From assembly GCA_034780895.1 (NCBI GenBank), contig JAUZTB010000048.1:21663019-21727018 (forward strand): a stretch of 64,000 bases of DNA. Direction: 5' to 3'. A program made the translations under genes and the position numbers. The first letter of the stretch is position 1. Every line of letters starts with the position of its first letter. The DNA is from Rhynchobatus australiae (lineage: Eukaryota). The notes beneath the pieces are model-generated. The model had not been told where the DNA came from. It saw only the letters and a program-made list of their open reading frames with translations, and searched no databases. Below are positions 1 to 13,859 of the stretch, one piece after another.

Positions 1-327
1 CTTGCATACAAATTGTTTGGTTATAAAAATCTTCATTTGCTTGTAATAGGTGACAATATTCAAAAGATATTACTAATCAAATGCTGGCCTTGGACATAAG
101 TGAAGAACTGCACAAAATTTTGAAATATTTGGTGCCTTTAACCAAGCTCTCAGACAACTGGAGTAAAATAAAGCTAGTAATTTCATTTTTACTGACTAAT
201 TTATCTGCTGAATGATGTTTATAGGAAGGGCAAAAGAACCGAAACCAGTCTTAGTTTATCACATGTCACAAATCTATTTCAACAAACATGCACACATCTT
301 AATTCTTCTGTGTTGACCCAAGCTTAC

Positions 328-432
328 CAGAAGCATAGCCCGCACTTCAGGTATTTTGTTCAATTCCATTAAAAGTCTCAAAGCCTTTTCGTGGTTGCTA
401 CAATATTCTTGATAGACACAAAATCGATCTTT
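328..432 (-). CDS. PREX1: PREX1 coding exon 4 (DH domain), 105 nt / 35 aa; gene continues beyond window start
   Basis: Acceptor ctttgtgatgcag|, [35 protein letters not shown], donor CTG|GTAAGC. Very close to recalled human PREX1 [35 protein letters not shown]. Confidence 0.97.
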
Positions 433-2959
433 CTGCATCACAAAGATAACACTGGTGTTACAAAGATAACATACATACATAAATTCTGCACTGTGTTACT
501 CACAGTTTTGGTTAAAGTGTATTTGGCAGAAGAGAGATATGAGGGAATGTATGGAAACAATCATTTAACAAGAAAAGCCAATGGGCAGTTAGAGAGTCCA
601 ATGATCGAGGTTACAACATGTCACAAATTGGCCAAAGAGATTTTATTCAACTAGCCCTTCTTGTTACTGTGAGAACATCAACAGTAACTAGTCTGTTCAA
701 TAAAATATTTCATTTGGCAAAAATAACGAGAGATTTCAACAGTAAGTTACAATCATCTCATAAGTCTTCGTGGAGAAACTAATGGAATTTTATAAGAACT
801 AGGGAAAATTTTTTTCCAGGATTTCTGTGAGAGGAGGGAATTAATTAGACAGGATTTCAGAGTTGACACAAGGCTAATGTTGTAAATGCTCTCATCCTGT
901 GAGGTACGATTCATCTATTATCTCATCAACCCAAATTAAAATTGTATTTAGCAGTACATGCTCAGATCTGTACATCAGCCACGATGACAGTTTCTTTATA
1001 AAACTGTGACTTTAGAAAAACTAGTGACATAGAGAAGGTAACACTGTAATACAACATAAAGCAGCTCCAACACTTCAGAGAAAAATGATTTGCTGCACCT
1101 TAATAAAATGCCATAATATGGAGGTCAATTATCACACATCACTTCTCCTGGACAAAATGAACCCAACAATGGAATATTATTTGATCAGGACCTGGAAATT
1201 AATTTAATATAGCTTCCATCTGGCTGTTGAAAAAATATGGCACATAAAGATCCAGTGAAACAGGAAGGAAAAAAAATCCTTTGAAGATCAGCACAGGTGC
1301 TTTTAAAGACAACTGTCATGACCAAGTGCATTTTTCATACAATCATGTCAACAAAAAATGTTAAGATTTCAGCAATACCTTCAAGTCCAATCCACATTTG
1401 GCCGCTGATAAACTAAACATGGACTTTTTAATCTAAACCAATTTGACCCCATTTGTAACTATTCACATTGAAGTTAAATTAAACCTAAGGAAAATTTGTT
1501 TATATTGCTTGTGGTTCTGGAGTCCAATAAGTATTTACTCTCCTGTGGATTACTCAAATGCACCCAGAAAATGGAGATCAAATTTGACTCGTATATTTCA
1601 AACCAGATTTAGTGGGTGCCAAGTCCCTGGAATTTCTTTATGTGGTACAGTTATGGAGTCAAAATCTATTAGGTTTTCCACTGGAGAGATTCAAAGTACA
1701 ACAGTAGGAATAAGTCTGTACAAACAAGACTTAGAGTGGAACTTCATCCCAAATTATACAGAAGATTTGTCAATAGTCAAGGTAATCTCATATTTAAAAG
1801 CATAACATCAAAGCACATGTCCATTTGTGAATTGATCAAAAATCAGTTTTGTGGTATCTGTGAATTCACAGCAAGATTTGAACTCATGGAATACATTTTT
1901 CCCTCCAAACCAAATACTAACTAAACAAACATGATCAAAGTTGCTGAGAAAGAAAAGGGCTTGCATGTGCAATAAAGCCATATTACAACCTTGCTTAATT
2001 TATAATTGGCTGAATTAGCCAATTCTTGGAGGCAAAATAATTATCTTTGCCTACTCAACTGCCCTAGCTTTTGCTTGATCCCGTATTAGTTGTACTTCAG
2101 TGCTTGCAAAATCACAAATCTAAATCCTTGCCTCACTAGCCAAGGGAAATATGATTTAATTAAAAGCAAACTTTGCAAACCAAATCCACAATGTATTTTG
2201 TAATTCTAATTTCTTATTTAATTCCAGAAAACAAAACACCAGACACATCAATGGCTCAGAGGATATATGTACTTTAACATCACTATTTATTATATTTTAA
2301 TATCCTTTCTCTTTTCAACCTCTCTATTAAACCTTAAAAGTTTCACATTGAGAAATCAACTGCCATTGTCAACTCTACTTAGTAAAGCTGCTAAAATGAA
2401 TTTATATCTGCATGAGGAAAGGTGTTGATCACAGGGAAGAAAAATAAATCTGTCAGTTCTAAATCTCGGATTAAACCTAATTTATTTGTATGAGAGTAAA
2501 TAAATATTTCTAACAATTCAGTTTTTCATTATCAACACTATTACAAGTAGTTCATATATTTTTACCCTGCACTGGAATGGGGAGTAGATTAGTTATTTAT
2601 CATTGGCAAACAAGTCAGAAAGCTACTTCAGAAATTGTCAAAAGCTGAAGTACGTTAATTCACATTTAGTTTTCGAAGTAATAAGATGCATAACATTTCA
2701 AGCAATTTAAAATGGGAACAAGGCTGGGAACCAAGCATTGATAGAAACAACTAATGCAATACATAAACTAAAGTCTGTTCCTCACATTCATGGCTCAGAT
2801 TAAATTAAAAAGTATTTGCTTTGCAACTCTTTTCCTCAGGATATCTAATCATACTTCCAACTTGGCTATCAAGGTCTTAATACTTCATGTACAAAAACAA
2901 GTGGACAGACCTACCAATAATCAACCTTACAGTAATCAAGTCTAAATTGTATTGTTTAC

Positions 2960-4482
2960 ACCAAGGTTAAAAAGGTAATAGATGTCTTAGCAGGAATAGA
3001 AGTGGATAAGTCCTCAGTACTTGATGAGATGTATCCTCAGCTGCTGCAGGAGGCAAGGGAGAAAATTGCTGGAGGCCTATTTAAATAGATATTTAGATCA
3101 TTACTGGCCAGAATTGAGGTGCCACTTAAGTGGAAGACAGCAAAAGTAGTTCCTTTATTCAAGAAAAGCAGGAGGGATAATCTGTATAATTATAAATCAG
3201 TTAGTGCAGGGAAATGGTAGGGAAATTACTGGAAATATTCTGAAGGACAGGATTAATTAACACTTGGAAAGGTAAGGATCAATCAGGCATCATCAGCATG
3301 GGCTTGTCGGTGGAAAATCCTGTTTGACTCAAGTAGTTTGAGGTTTTTTTGAACAGCTAACAAAATATATCGACGAGGGCAATGTGGTTGATGTGCTTTA
3401 CATGGACTTAGGCAAAGGTCACAGATGGAAGACTAGTCCAAAAGGTTAGAGCCCATCAGATCCAATGAAAATTGGATCCAAAATTGGCTTGATAATAGGA
3501 GAAAGATGGCAATGGTTGATTTTGTCATTGGAAACCTGTGACCAGCAGTGTACCATAAAGAACCATGATAGCACCTTTTCAGTTTGTTACATACATGAAT
3601 GAATTTGACATAACCGTAGGAAGTATGATTAGTATGTTTGCAGATGTCTATAATTGATGGTGGTGTTGATAGTGATACTTTTCCGGTAGCCTTCAGCTAC
3701 AGGATGATGTCAATCACCTCCCAACTTGGGCAGGGGAGCAGCAGATGGAACTTAAACTGAAAAATGCAAGATGATTTTTTTTGGGGGAGGGGGTCGAATA
3801 AGGGTAGGACATGTATCATGAATGATGGGTCTTAGTGTCAAATCATAACAGATGGACATAGTGGTAAAGAAAGCACATGGGATGCTTGCCTTCATTAGCC
3901 AGGGCAGAGAGTATAACAGCAGAGGGGTTTTGGTACAACTTTATAAAACATTGGTTAGACCACAGCAAGAATATTGCGTGCAGTTCTGGCCACCACACTG
4001 TAGGAGGACGTGATTGTGCGGGAGAGTGTGCAGAGGAGATTCATCAGGATGTTGCTTGGGATGGAATGTCTTAATTATGAGGAGAGACTGGATAGGCTGG
4101 GCTTATTTCCCTCGGAGCAGAGCAAGCCGAGGTTTGAACTGACAGAGGTATGCAAAATTCTGAGAGCACAGATTGGGGAGGTAATAAGAAACATTTTCCA
4201 ATGGCAAAGGAGTTTAAGGAGAGTTTAGGGTGAGAGTAAGAGGCTTAAAGGAGATCCAAGGAAGAATTTTTTCAGCCAGGTGGTTGCAATCTGGAATGCA
4301 CTGCTCGAGAAGGTGATGGAAGCAGAAGCTCTAACATTTAAGAAGCATCTGGATAAGCATTGGAATTGCCAATGCATAGTGGACTACAGACCTGATAAAT
4401 GGGATTTATACAAATACGTATTTCGTCAGCCTGGACATGGTGGGCCAAAAGGCTTTTTCTGTGCTCAATGGCTCTATGACTA
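2960..4482 (+). mobile_element. 5'-truncated decayed CR1 (HER1-like) LINE in PREX1 intron 3
   Basis: Frameshifted ORF2/RT remnants (gtggataagtcc, ttattcaagaaaag, atgtttgcagatg; peptide VQRRFIRMLLGMECLNYEERLDRLGLF) and a CR1-type 3' tail (tgggccaaaagg...tgtgct...ctctatgact). Confidence 0.9.
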
Positions 4483-5023
4483 TTTGTTCATTTCATGGAT
4501 CAAAAGAACTAACACAAATTGCAGGCACAGAATTATTTTCCAGGAGTCCAACTCCTCAACAAATGTTTTCAATGCAAACAGTAGAATAAAGTAACCATGT
4601 TTTTTCCAAAGTGTCAAGTTAAAATAATTAAAGTTAGTGACTGGAGCCTTGTTTTTTTACCACTGAGGTGAATGTTGATTAAACAGCATGGTTCTGTCGT
4701 GTTGCTGGTGGCTGGCTAGAAAGGAGCCTTCAAAGCTACATGGGAAAGTACAAGTTTAATCAGTTCAAAATTTACCAAGGAGAAACAGCTTTTCTCTTCA
4801 ACAGTTGTGCTTGTCAATATGAATTTCAACATCTCAAATTTTCAAGATGTTACAAAAACATCTATATGTTGAAATGGCAGACAACTTTCTGGTTTCACGA
4901 ACCAAAGAACAGCATTTGCAGATTCCCAAAGTCTAAATTCAGAGCAGAAAAAAAAGAGCTGCCACATCTATGGGACTGAAGCCAAATTAAAAGAAAAATG
5001 AAACACCAACAAACTCTACTCAC

Positions 5024-5146
5024 AAACTGAAGGAAGGTATTTCCAAGTTCGTGTTGAGGTTGTGGTTCTGGTTGTAAACGGCACTCAAGAGCTTCAAGGA
5101 ACATCATGTGGACATCAAGTATCTCTTCAATATTAGAAAACAAAAT
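5024..5146 (-). CDS. PREX1: PREX1 coding exon 3 (DH domain), 123 nt / 41 aa
   Basis: Acceptor tttttttttcag|, [41 protein letters not shown], donor TTT|GTGAGT. QHELGNxFLxF is PREX1-like; recalled PREX2 has QQEVGTCFLHF. Confidence 0.97.
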
Positions 5147-6214
5147 CTGAAAAAAAAGAGTAGAACCACAGCCAGAATATAAATCCTCATGTTAAGCTAG
5201 CAATCTGCTTTCAGGTGCATCCAGGAGGATACAAATTCATTGGCAAAACATTAAAATACAGAGAAGCATAGAATAATCCACCCAATTTACTAGATTTGAA
5301 AGCCATTTGAAGCAGCTGTAAAAGATGGGAAGAACCCTTATCACACTGGACAATGAAGAAATTATAACCACAACTCAGGCCTGCTCCAAAAAGGTACAAA
5401 ATTCTTCAATTTTTATAGAATAAAATGAGCAAACTAAATCTTAATCACTCATTTTCATTGGGAATGTGCTCCTGATTTCACAGATAAACCAGAATTAAAC
5501 TTATTTGTGATTATTATTGCCCCATTTCATGGTCATAGGAATAGGCAGAATTGTAACATNNNACTAAAGTGGAGCTCATGACAACAGTTGCTGCACATAA
5601 TCAAGATCATTACTTCAAACCATTCTGGCAAATGATTCAAGAAATTTGACACCTCTCTATAAAGGAGCAAAGGGGGAAAGAAAAGGACAAGCACGGCAAG
5701 AATAATTGGCAATTACCTTAGTTGAATATTGAAGAAAAATAACAGGCCATTTATTAGGTACGAAACAGAGGTGGTCCCAGGGTTACCTTAGCATTCCATT
5801 CCTGAAAACAATCTGAAGACTGAATTTTCTCTAAATTGGAAATGAGCTATTTCCCCCACAATCATAATGTGAAATCTTAAGCCTCGACAGCCCTCGGGGA
5901 CTGATTTGCGAAGAGTACACTGGGGAAGGTCTGCACAGGTGATAGGAGTTGTTACCAGCAAGTGAACTGTGACAAATGTTTGTCCGAGTGCAACTTGAGT
6001 GGAGTGATGGGGTGGGGAAGAACCTGATCTCTAATCAATAAAAAAAAACTTGTACGCTAATGAGAAGTGGCTCAGTGTTCATAATATTTGACCTTAGCTG
6101 AAGCAGAGTTGAAAGAGAGCATTTGCTTTTTCTATGCACGATCTCTGCATAGTTTCATGGTGAAGAAGTTCAAGTATTATACCAGAGAGCAGAGTCTGGG
6201 AGAATTTGCATGAA

Positions 6215-6261
6215 GTCGTATTTTCACAAGTCAGATCTTCCGTAACCCAGGGACCCCCTGT
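6215..6261. mobile_element. Solitary Tigger-like terminal inverted repeat
   Basis: cacaagtcagatcttccgtaacccagggaccccctgTA, similar to the end at about 13605-13629 and ending in TA. Confidence 0.4.
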
Positions 6262-6790
6262 ATTGGGATCTGTAGGTATGCTTGTTCTGCCACCGAATGA
6301 GATTATGGCAAAACTGGTTGTAATTCTAATGTTGCATTCCTGTCTACACCAGGTAACCTTTCACCCTCTGACTTATCAAGATATAGAGCCGTGCTAACTA
6401 TTCAGAGCACATCCACATGTCAGGGTCGGCCTGGGCTGTGACTGGGGTCAGAACATACCCAGTATCAATACATGCAAACAGCAAGCCCAAGACTGCTATC
6501 GTCTCAGTGAAGGCAGGCCAAGGAATAAACTCATTCATTCCAGCATTACCCTTAGTTTTTGTTTTACCCAAAGAGACCTCCAGCACTTAGTTAGCTTGAA
6601 AACGTCATTAGGCTAAGGGGGATAAAAAAGGTGAAAACAGCTGACTAAATATTTTTTACAAACACACTAGGTTTGAAATCTAATATTGTATTCAACAACC
6701 ACTCAATATGCACTATTGTTACTTACTCCAGATTAAGTCCAACAGGCCAATAATTATTTAATATTAAATTTATCCATATTGAAGTCATAC

Positions 6791-6862
6791 CTTGAGATCT
6801 TCATCAGTGATCTGCTTTTCTGACTTTCCTCCATCATTCTGATGATTTCTATGTAGGAATGA
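6791..6862 (-). CDS. PREX1: PREX1 coding exon 2 (DH domain), 72 nt / 24 aa
   Basis: Acceptor ttttttccttgtctag|, translation SFLHRNHQNDGGKSEKQITDEDLK, donor AAG|GTATGA. Aligns with recalled human PREX1 [24 protein letters not shown] at the same length, phase 0/0. Confidence 0.93.
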
Positions 6863-7559
6863 CTAGACAAGGAAAAAAGGACACATTAAATTTGTGCAAG
6901 GTGTAGATACATGGAAATTTACATCAGCAAACAAAATAGTCACAGTTCAAAAAAAAACCTTGCACTTCACATTTTTTAAAATCACCTAATTTGTTATCAG
7001 CAAGGATCAGCATTCAAGGAAAAAAAACAGGAAGCGCAATGTTTAAAGCTGAAATGTTTTCAGTGACAGCTTTCAAATTTAATCCTGCCCAGGAGGTGAT
7101 GATAGTATCAGTTAAAGAAGAGCTTGTTGACTGAAATTCTGTTTATATAGTTTAATTGCAATTTCAATTCATGAAGTTCAATACCAGAAGAAAAATGCAG
7201 ATTTTACCCATTAATAACAGGCATAATCTTTACAAGATGGAAAAAAAACGGCTTCCACCAACTTCTCAAAAGCCTTCCATTCCAAGAACAGGGAGGCACT
7301 AATTTGACGACATACAAGCCATTACCCTAACAAATGGGTTCACTATGGAACCAGTACATGCAGAGAGAGGGCAGCCAAAACTTTGGTCACCATAACCAAG
7401 GGTAAATTTGCCCACATAACCAAGATACACTGAATTAATTCCTGGGACAAGAGAGTCCTTTTTATCAAGCAGAAAGCACCCATACATGAGTTTAGAAGAA
7501 TGACAGGAGATACCTTTAATATATTCTCAGTGATCTTACTGGAATTTATAATTATTAAC

Positions 7560-7860
7560 AGTGGCTATTTCCTCAGATTCAACAGTACAAATTGAGGGGA
7601 TGATGCCTCAAAATAATAGTTACAACGTATGACTCATGGAAAGAAATTCCTTCATGTTCAAGGCTGGGAATTTTAGGAATTCGCTACCTCAGGTTGCTCA
7701 GAGAGTACACGCAAGACAGAAATATCCACAGGCAGCAAGACAATCAAGGGATGGGGGGGCAGGGGGAATAAATGTTAGCGAAGTGAATCAGAGGATGAGC
7801 GCAATGATGCAATTCATTGGAAGCCACCACTTCTGCTCTTATTTCTTATATTCTTAATTT
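7560..7860 (+). mobile_element. Old CR1 3'-end fragment
   Basis: Degenerate gaaagaaattccttc...ggaattcgctacc motif and ctgctcttatttcttat tail resembling other CR1 ends in the window. Confidence 0.5.
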
Positions 7861-8569
7861 AGGAATTGGTAATTACAGAGCAAAGTGCACATGAAATTTA
7901 AGATTAACCTACTGAACTCATGAAACAAGCACAAGTGTTTCTTCATTGTACTGTCTCCGTACTGTATCACAGCAGACACCAATCACTTGGACAAAATGCA
8001 GCTTAAATTAACAAGCAAATAAATTAAATTTTAATTCATGTTTTGTTTAAAGCTAAAACTTCTCCAAGACTTGATTTGGCAAAGTTTGGTTGTGGCCAGC
8101 TGAATATTTATAGACCGGGATGCAAATTGGAGGCAAATACAAGTTCAAGTACATAGAAACTGCTTAGAAGGCTTTACAGAACTCATGCAGGGATTTTGTC
8201 CTCCCTGGCTGCATTACCTGGAGCCTTTCTGCCCCCAGAACAATTAAGTAAATATGTAAATTTAAAATAATTTACTTTAAACTTAATTTTATTTCACTTT
8301 GTACAGTTGCTACCAATAGCAACTGTAGTCATAACAGTTGCTGGGAGCAACACTGATTTGTACTTTCCACAATGTAAGCTAAACTATAGAAAGGTTTATG
8401 TTCTTCAAATCATATTTTTTAAAAATGCTGACCATCACAATGCATGGGATTAAAAGACTTGAAAGCCAAAGAAATGGACTGAAGTTGAGGTACAAGAGCT
8501 TGGAGATGCTGCTGTATGGCTTCATTCTTGTGCAACTTCCAGCAAGGTCAGTAGAATCTACCAAAGTTG

Positions 8570-9005
8570 TCGACGAGAGACGATGTCTCTGGAAGGCGAC
8601 ATCTATCATCAGGGACCCCCACCATCCTGGCCATGCCCTCTTCTCAATGATGCCATCGAGCAGGAGGTACAGACCCCAGAAAACCCACACCTCAAGGTTC
8701 AATGAAAACTTCTTCCCCACTGCCATCAGGTTCTTGAACAGACCTGAAAAACTCAAACACTACCTCAGACTATACTTCTTTATCTCTCTCTCAACCTGCA
8801 CTAGTGTCATTATAGTTATTTTGTTGTTTGTTTTTTTTGTGCACAGCTAAGTATAACATGTTAATTTAAGTTTATGTTAACTTAGGTTTGTATATAATCT
8901 GTACATACAATGTACTGTGCTGCTGCAAGAAGCTAACTTCCATGGCATTTATAGCCTATGTATGTATGCATGCCTATGACAATAAACTTCAACTGGAACT
9001 TGAAT
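8570..9005 (+). mobile_element. Rex1/Babar-type LINE 3' end
   Basis: Peptide RCLWKATSIIRDPHHPGHALFSMMPSSRRYR...TSRFNENFFPTAIRFLN typical of the Rex1-clade ORF C-terminus; 3' UTR ends gacaataaacttcaactggaacttgaa. Confidence 0.8.
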
Positions 9006-10327
9006 CTCATCAGACACCGATGAAAAGATTGGACACAAATTCCATCACCAATTTCCCAAGTCTAAAAAGACTTTCCCTTGCAGGGATTGCTTGGCAATCA
9101 CCATCAACAAGCTTCAGGTAGAATCCAAGACTTTTGGAAGATGCCCCATGTAAAAAAAAGAATTAATATCCATCACAGTTAAGCTATTTTTCAGAGCAGT
9201 TCAAAAAGGAAACAGAAATACACCCCAAGTAGCTGGTGTACACAGTTCTTTCACTTCAGAAGTGCAAAATACATGTACCTCTCTTTAGACTTAAGGTTAC
9301 AAACAAAACACTATTTTGTCATTNNNNNNNNNNNNNNNNNNNNNNNNNNNNNNNNNNNNNNNNNNNNNNNNNNNNNNNNNNNNNNNNNNNNNNNNNNNNN
9401 NNNNNNNNNNNNNNNNNNNNNNNCTGATGTGAGCCCAAAACACTATTTTGTCATTCTTTCCACGCATGTTGAATGAGTAATTGTACACCTTAAGTAATTT
9501 TTGGAACATCTGCTGGCAATAATTGGTATGCCATCAGTTCAAAGCAGACTTCCAATGCCAAGAAGGTCAAATGCTCACTGATTCCATCAGAAGGTCTGAT
9601 ATCCCAGCTCTGTATTTGGGTCATCCAATATTGCATTTTGGATTTTAAGACCAAGTGGTTTAGGAAGCTCAAAAGGAATCACATTTCTTCAGAAGTCAAA
9701 ATCATTTCTTTCAGATTGCTACACTTAAGTTAAACAATTTTTAGCTTAAGAGTACCTCTTCAATTTCTTTGAACACCAATTTGTGTTTTACTTTCCAATT
9801 GCAACACTGGAAAATCTCACCAGTATTTTAAAAAGCATGCTTTGGGGTTTAAAAATGTCAATTTAAATTTCAAAAGTATAGCCTAAAATAACTTAGATTT
9901 AAAAACAGCTCCATAATTACCAAGTAAAAACATGACCTTCATTGCATTTAATCTCCAGATCTCATACTCCAGTCTGAGTCTTGGCTGTGGTTTCAGCCAC
10001 GCCTGTCTAACTGAAAGACCAAACACAAAAGCAAACAGAACAGCTTTTGCAAACTCTTGTAATCATTGAGACAGTACTACCTGGCCCCTCATTGTTAGTG
10101 TTTTTCTGCAATCTAACTTCAAATTCCAATCAGACCATGACAGTTTGTTGAAAGCAACTGAGTTTATTTGCAATTCAGCAAAATCTCTTAAATTTCATGT
10201 GCACTGAATTGAGTCTCACTTGAAGAAAAAATAGTCACATTATTATTTCAACATCTTTCTATTTGCAGGTATCGATATCATTTTATAAATTTAACTCTTG
10301 TCCACAATATGGCAAGACCAAACCTCT

Positions 10328-10685
10328 CATAGAATAACAAAGCACAGGAACAGGCCCCTTAGCCCACAACGTCTGCGCAGAACACAATGCTGAATTAAAC
10401 TAAATCTCTTCTGCCTGTATGATCCATATCCCTGCAGATTCATATGTCTACCTAACAGCCCCTTCAACAGTACTATCATATCTGCTTCCACTACTACACC
10501 TTGTCAGCCCGCTCCAAGCACCTCACACTCTCTATGTTTAAAATAAAAACTTGCCCCACACATCTCCTTTAAACTTTCCCCCTCTCACCTGAAATGCATG
10601 CCCTCTCATAGTTGACATTTCTATCCTGGGGAAAAAGATTCCAATTGTTTACCCTATCTATGCCTGTCAATTTTATAAATCTGTC
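10328..10685 (-). mobile_element. CR1 LINE 3' end
   Basis: Reverse tail catagaa...agcacaggaacaggccc...gcccaca and ctttaaactttccccctctcacc, shared with the copies at 44750 and 63435. Confidence 0.85.
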
Positions 10686-11429
10686 CTAACTTGAGCAAAG
10701 ATGGACAGGGAAGTTGTTCTCTAAAGTTAAAGAAGCTGATGGCCCAAGGAATATGCAAGCTATACCTGCAATCTCTGTTCAGTAGAACAGAAATGAACAT
10801 GATTTTTTGGGATGCTTTTACTCAAATAGAATCTTTGGTTTAAGTTACATTTTATTTTTGATATGACCACGTTCGGAATCTTAATTCTTAACAGAATACA
10901 TTCCACACATTTTGTTCACAAAAAGAGAGTGTTACCACCTGACAGAAGGGAATAAAGTATCTGAGTGAATTATCCTGTAAAGAAATGGGCAACACTGCCA
11001 TATACATGTCAGATAATAGATACATTAACAAATAGCAGTACAAATTCACATGGCAGGAGTTCTGTGGCAAACATCTTTTTCTAAAGAGTAACATCTAATT
11101 TGACCAGCACTTTAACCAGTCAATACCAGGTCAGAGTGCCAGCCAAGATGTAATGTTCAGCCCCACGGAGTCTTATATTTCTTTTCAAGAATACACTATG
11201 TGCACAAGTAAACTATTATACAATGCAGGATATAGCTTTGTCTTCATTCACTGTACTAAGCGTATTATTAAATTCACAAACCATACTTATGTCAACATGG
11301 CATCAATTCTGCATCCCCAAATATTCCATTGGCTTGAGACACTATTACAGAGATCCCAGTCCCTCAGTGTTTGGTGGCAGGAGGTCTTATACTGTGGTCA
11401 TTCCCCATAAGCAGGTGCAGCAGATGCAC

Positions 11430-11880
11430 CAAGCTTCAACATGTCCTTTAGCATGCCAGTCAGTGTTTCATCGAAGACAACTTGCACTGAAAGACTAGCA
11501 AGTTTTGGGCATACCAAAATGCATCTTTCAGAGTTGATGATGATCTTCCAGCAAACTAGTATTTATCTCAGCATGCATCCAAGGAATAGCCAATTGAGAA
11601 CAAGCATTCTATGTTAAGCAGCTCCCACCACCTCAGCTGATTGTTCTGGATGGTGACTTCAAGTGCATCAACAATGCTGCTTGACAATTTGGTGAATGTT
11701 CCNNNNNNNNNNTCTATCAACATGATGCTTGTGGTCATCTGCCCACTGCCTCCTGCTGACCGACTATCACTTACAGGAGGACCAGAATGTTGCAGAAGTA
11801 CATGGTGGTTGAATGCGAACATGCCAACTCCAGAAAAGTACAAGGAGTTTAAAAGGGATTACACAGGTTGATTCTCTCAT
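11430..11880 (-). mobile_element. Decayed RTE-like LINE fragment
   Basis: Minus-strand peptide ...ALEVTIQNNQLRW resembles the post-RT QLRW motif of RTE-clade elements; heavily degraded. Confidence 0.4.
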
Positions 11881-13304
11881 GCACTGGAGGGAAGTGATCA
11901 AGGTCAACATAAAAAGGTTCCTCATCCTAAATGGTGTTTAAAAAGCAAGACAGATTAAAAGAGAAATATGAACTCTAGTGCACACCCATCACAATTAACA
12001 GTTGATTACCACCTTTGTTCCTAAAGCAGTAACTCATGATAAAGACAGAGGAAAAAAAGATAAATTCTGAGCAAACAAACAAAAAAAGCACCCAATAGGG
12101 AGAAAACAAAATACCAAAGAAATTCACTTAATCATTTCAGGTTTCTTGCTGTCACGTCTGTATTCCAATGTAATGCTAGGCATTTTTTTTAAATAACCAA
12201 GATGCATTGCATTATATCGAACCACCGTTACCTTCTCAGGATTTTTGTAAAGATTTTTCAAACATGACATTTGAAAACACAGGAGGGTTCTCAACATACA
12301 CATTATGATTGACCAGTCCTGCTGTCAATTAAGGACTTCCATTACTCTTCCCACAGACAAAAGCAAGAGCACAATGATCCATATCCAACCCAACTATCAA
12401 CAATAACTTTGAGGACATTCTGAATGTAATTCTGAGCTGATCCAGTTAGTATCACAAAACCTGGCTCCAATGTCAAACCAGGAGGTTTGTAAACACGGGC
12501 CCTTGTCCCATTTAATTCTAAACTAAATCACAAAGGACATCTCAGATGTTACACAAGAGCTTCATGCGTTCATTTTCTTCAACAAAGAGACAGAAGAGCC
12601 AGATTTCCAGAACCAAAATATTAAGGGTGATACGTAAAGTATGTTTCTGTTAAGAGATCACAAATGACCTTGTGATTTCAAGACATTAAAAGGCAAAGGC
12701 CATGAATGAGGTGAATTACATCACTAACCAGCTGAAAGTGTCAACTTCAAATCACTTAAGTAATTCCCTTGCCAACTTTATACATTACATTTATCCTTCA
12801 ATTTACTGGCCAAGTACAATTTATAGTTTAAGTATATTAGCTGCTGAATTATGTAAACGCAGCTTTTTAGTGAGCATTTCAATCTGTTCTGACCATCAAT
12901 TTGGCAAATTTTTGGTTACAAAACATCAAAGACAAATGGCCCCTCAAGTACCCAAAATCCGTTCAGAGAACAAATCAGTCCGAGAGTTCAGGACACTCAG
13001 GGGGTAATCTGGGAACATTAGTACATACTGCTTCAATGAATAGAGCTTAATTGGATAATCAAGATCTAGCTTTAAAGGTGATCAATCATTCCTAGCCAGT
13101 CCAAACTTTGTGAGATAAGGTAATACTTCAACCTGATTGATCATCCTGTATGAACAATAATTAACTTAAGGAAAATTTTAAAGTTCTGTTGGTAACTGCA
13201 AACCAGTGAGCATGTTGAGATTACTCAAACCACCTCAACCATCAGATTTACATGAGAATAAATTTACTGCCAACAGGGACAAGGGCCCATGTGGCCAGTG
13301 TTTA

Positions 13305-13629
13305 CAGTAGAAACTGTCCATGTGTTACAAAAACCCTACTTAGACACCCCAACATACAAATGAGCTCCCACGATATTATTAAATTCAGAAGTCCAACATA
13401 TGTGTACATGTTCGTTCCTGTGAATGGCAGAACTAGTTTCTTCTCTCTCCACTTTTAGCAATTCTTCTTTCTTATCAGCCTTATGCGCTTTTGATGCCAT
13501 TCAGTACAATACAGTGGAGGTATGGTTACCATATTGAGTGATTCTAGCGTATTTTTTGACCTACAGACAAAATTGACCTACGGACGTCAGTAAAACCAGA
13601 ACTCATGTGTTATCCAGGGATGACCTGTC
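13305..13629. mobile_element. Tc1-mariner/Tigger(pogo)-like non-autonomous DNA transposon relic
   Basis: Right end gacctacggacg...gttatccagggatgacctgt resembles Tigger-type TIRs (gtaacccggggact.cctgTA); left end degenerate (gttacaaaaaccctactta). Confidence 0.5.
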
Positions 13630-13859
13630 ACATACAAGCTTAAACATACTTTTAAGAATTTAGTGCAGCATGTTGCATGAATTGATACATAGTTGCACAA
13701 GACATTAGCACTTTAGTGAGAGTGTTACTCCCTCTGATAAATGCAATGTTGTTAATAACACAACATATACATCTTATTTTATATGGAACTTGAAGAATTG
13801 AGAAGTTCTTAAATGAAAATGCCACACAAGAACAACTGAAACAAAACTGGAGTACAAAG

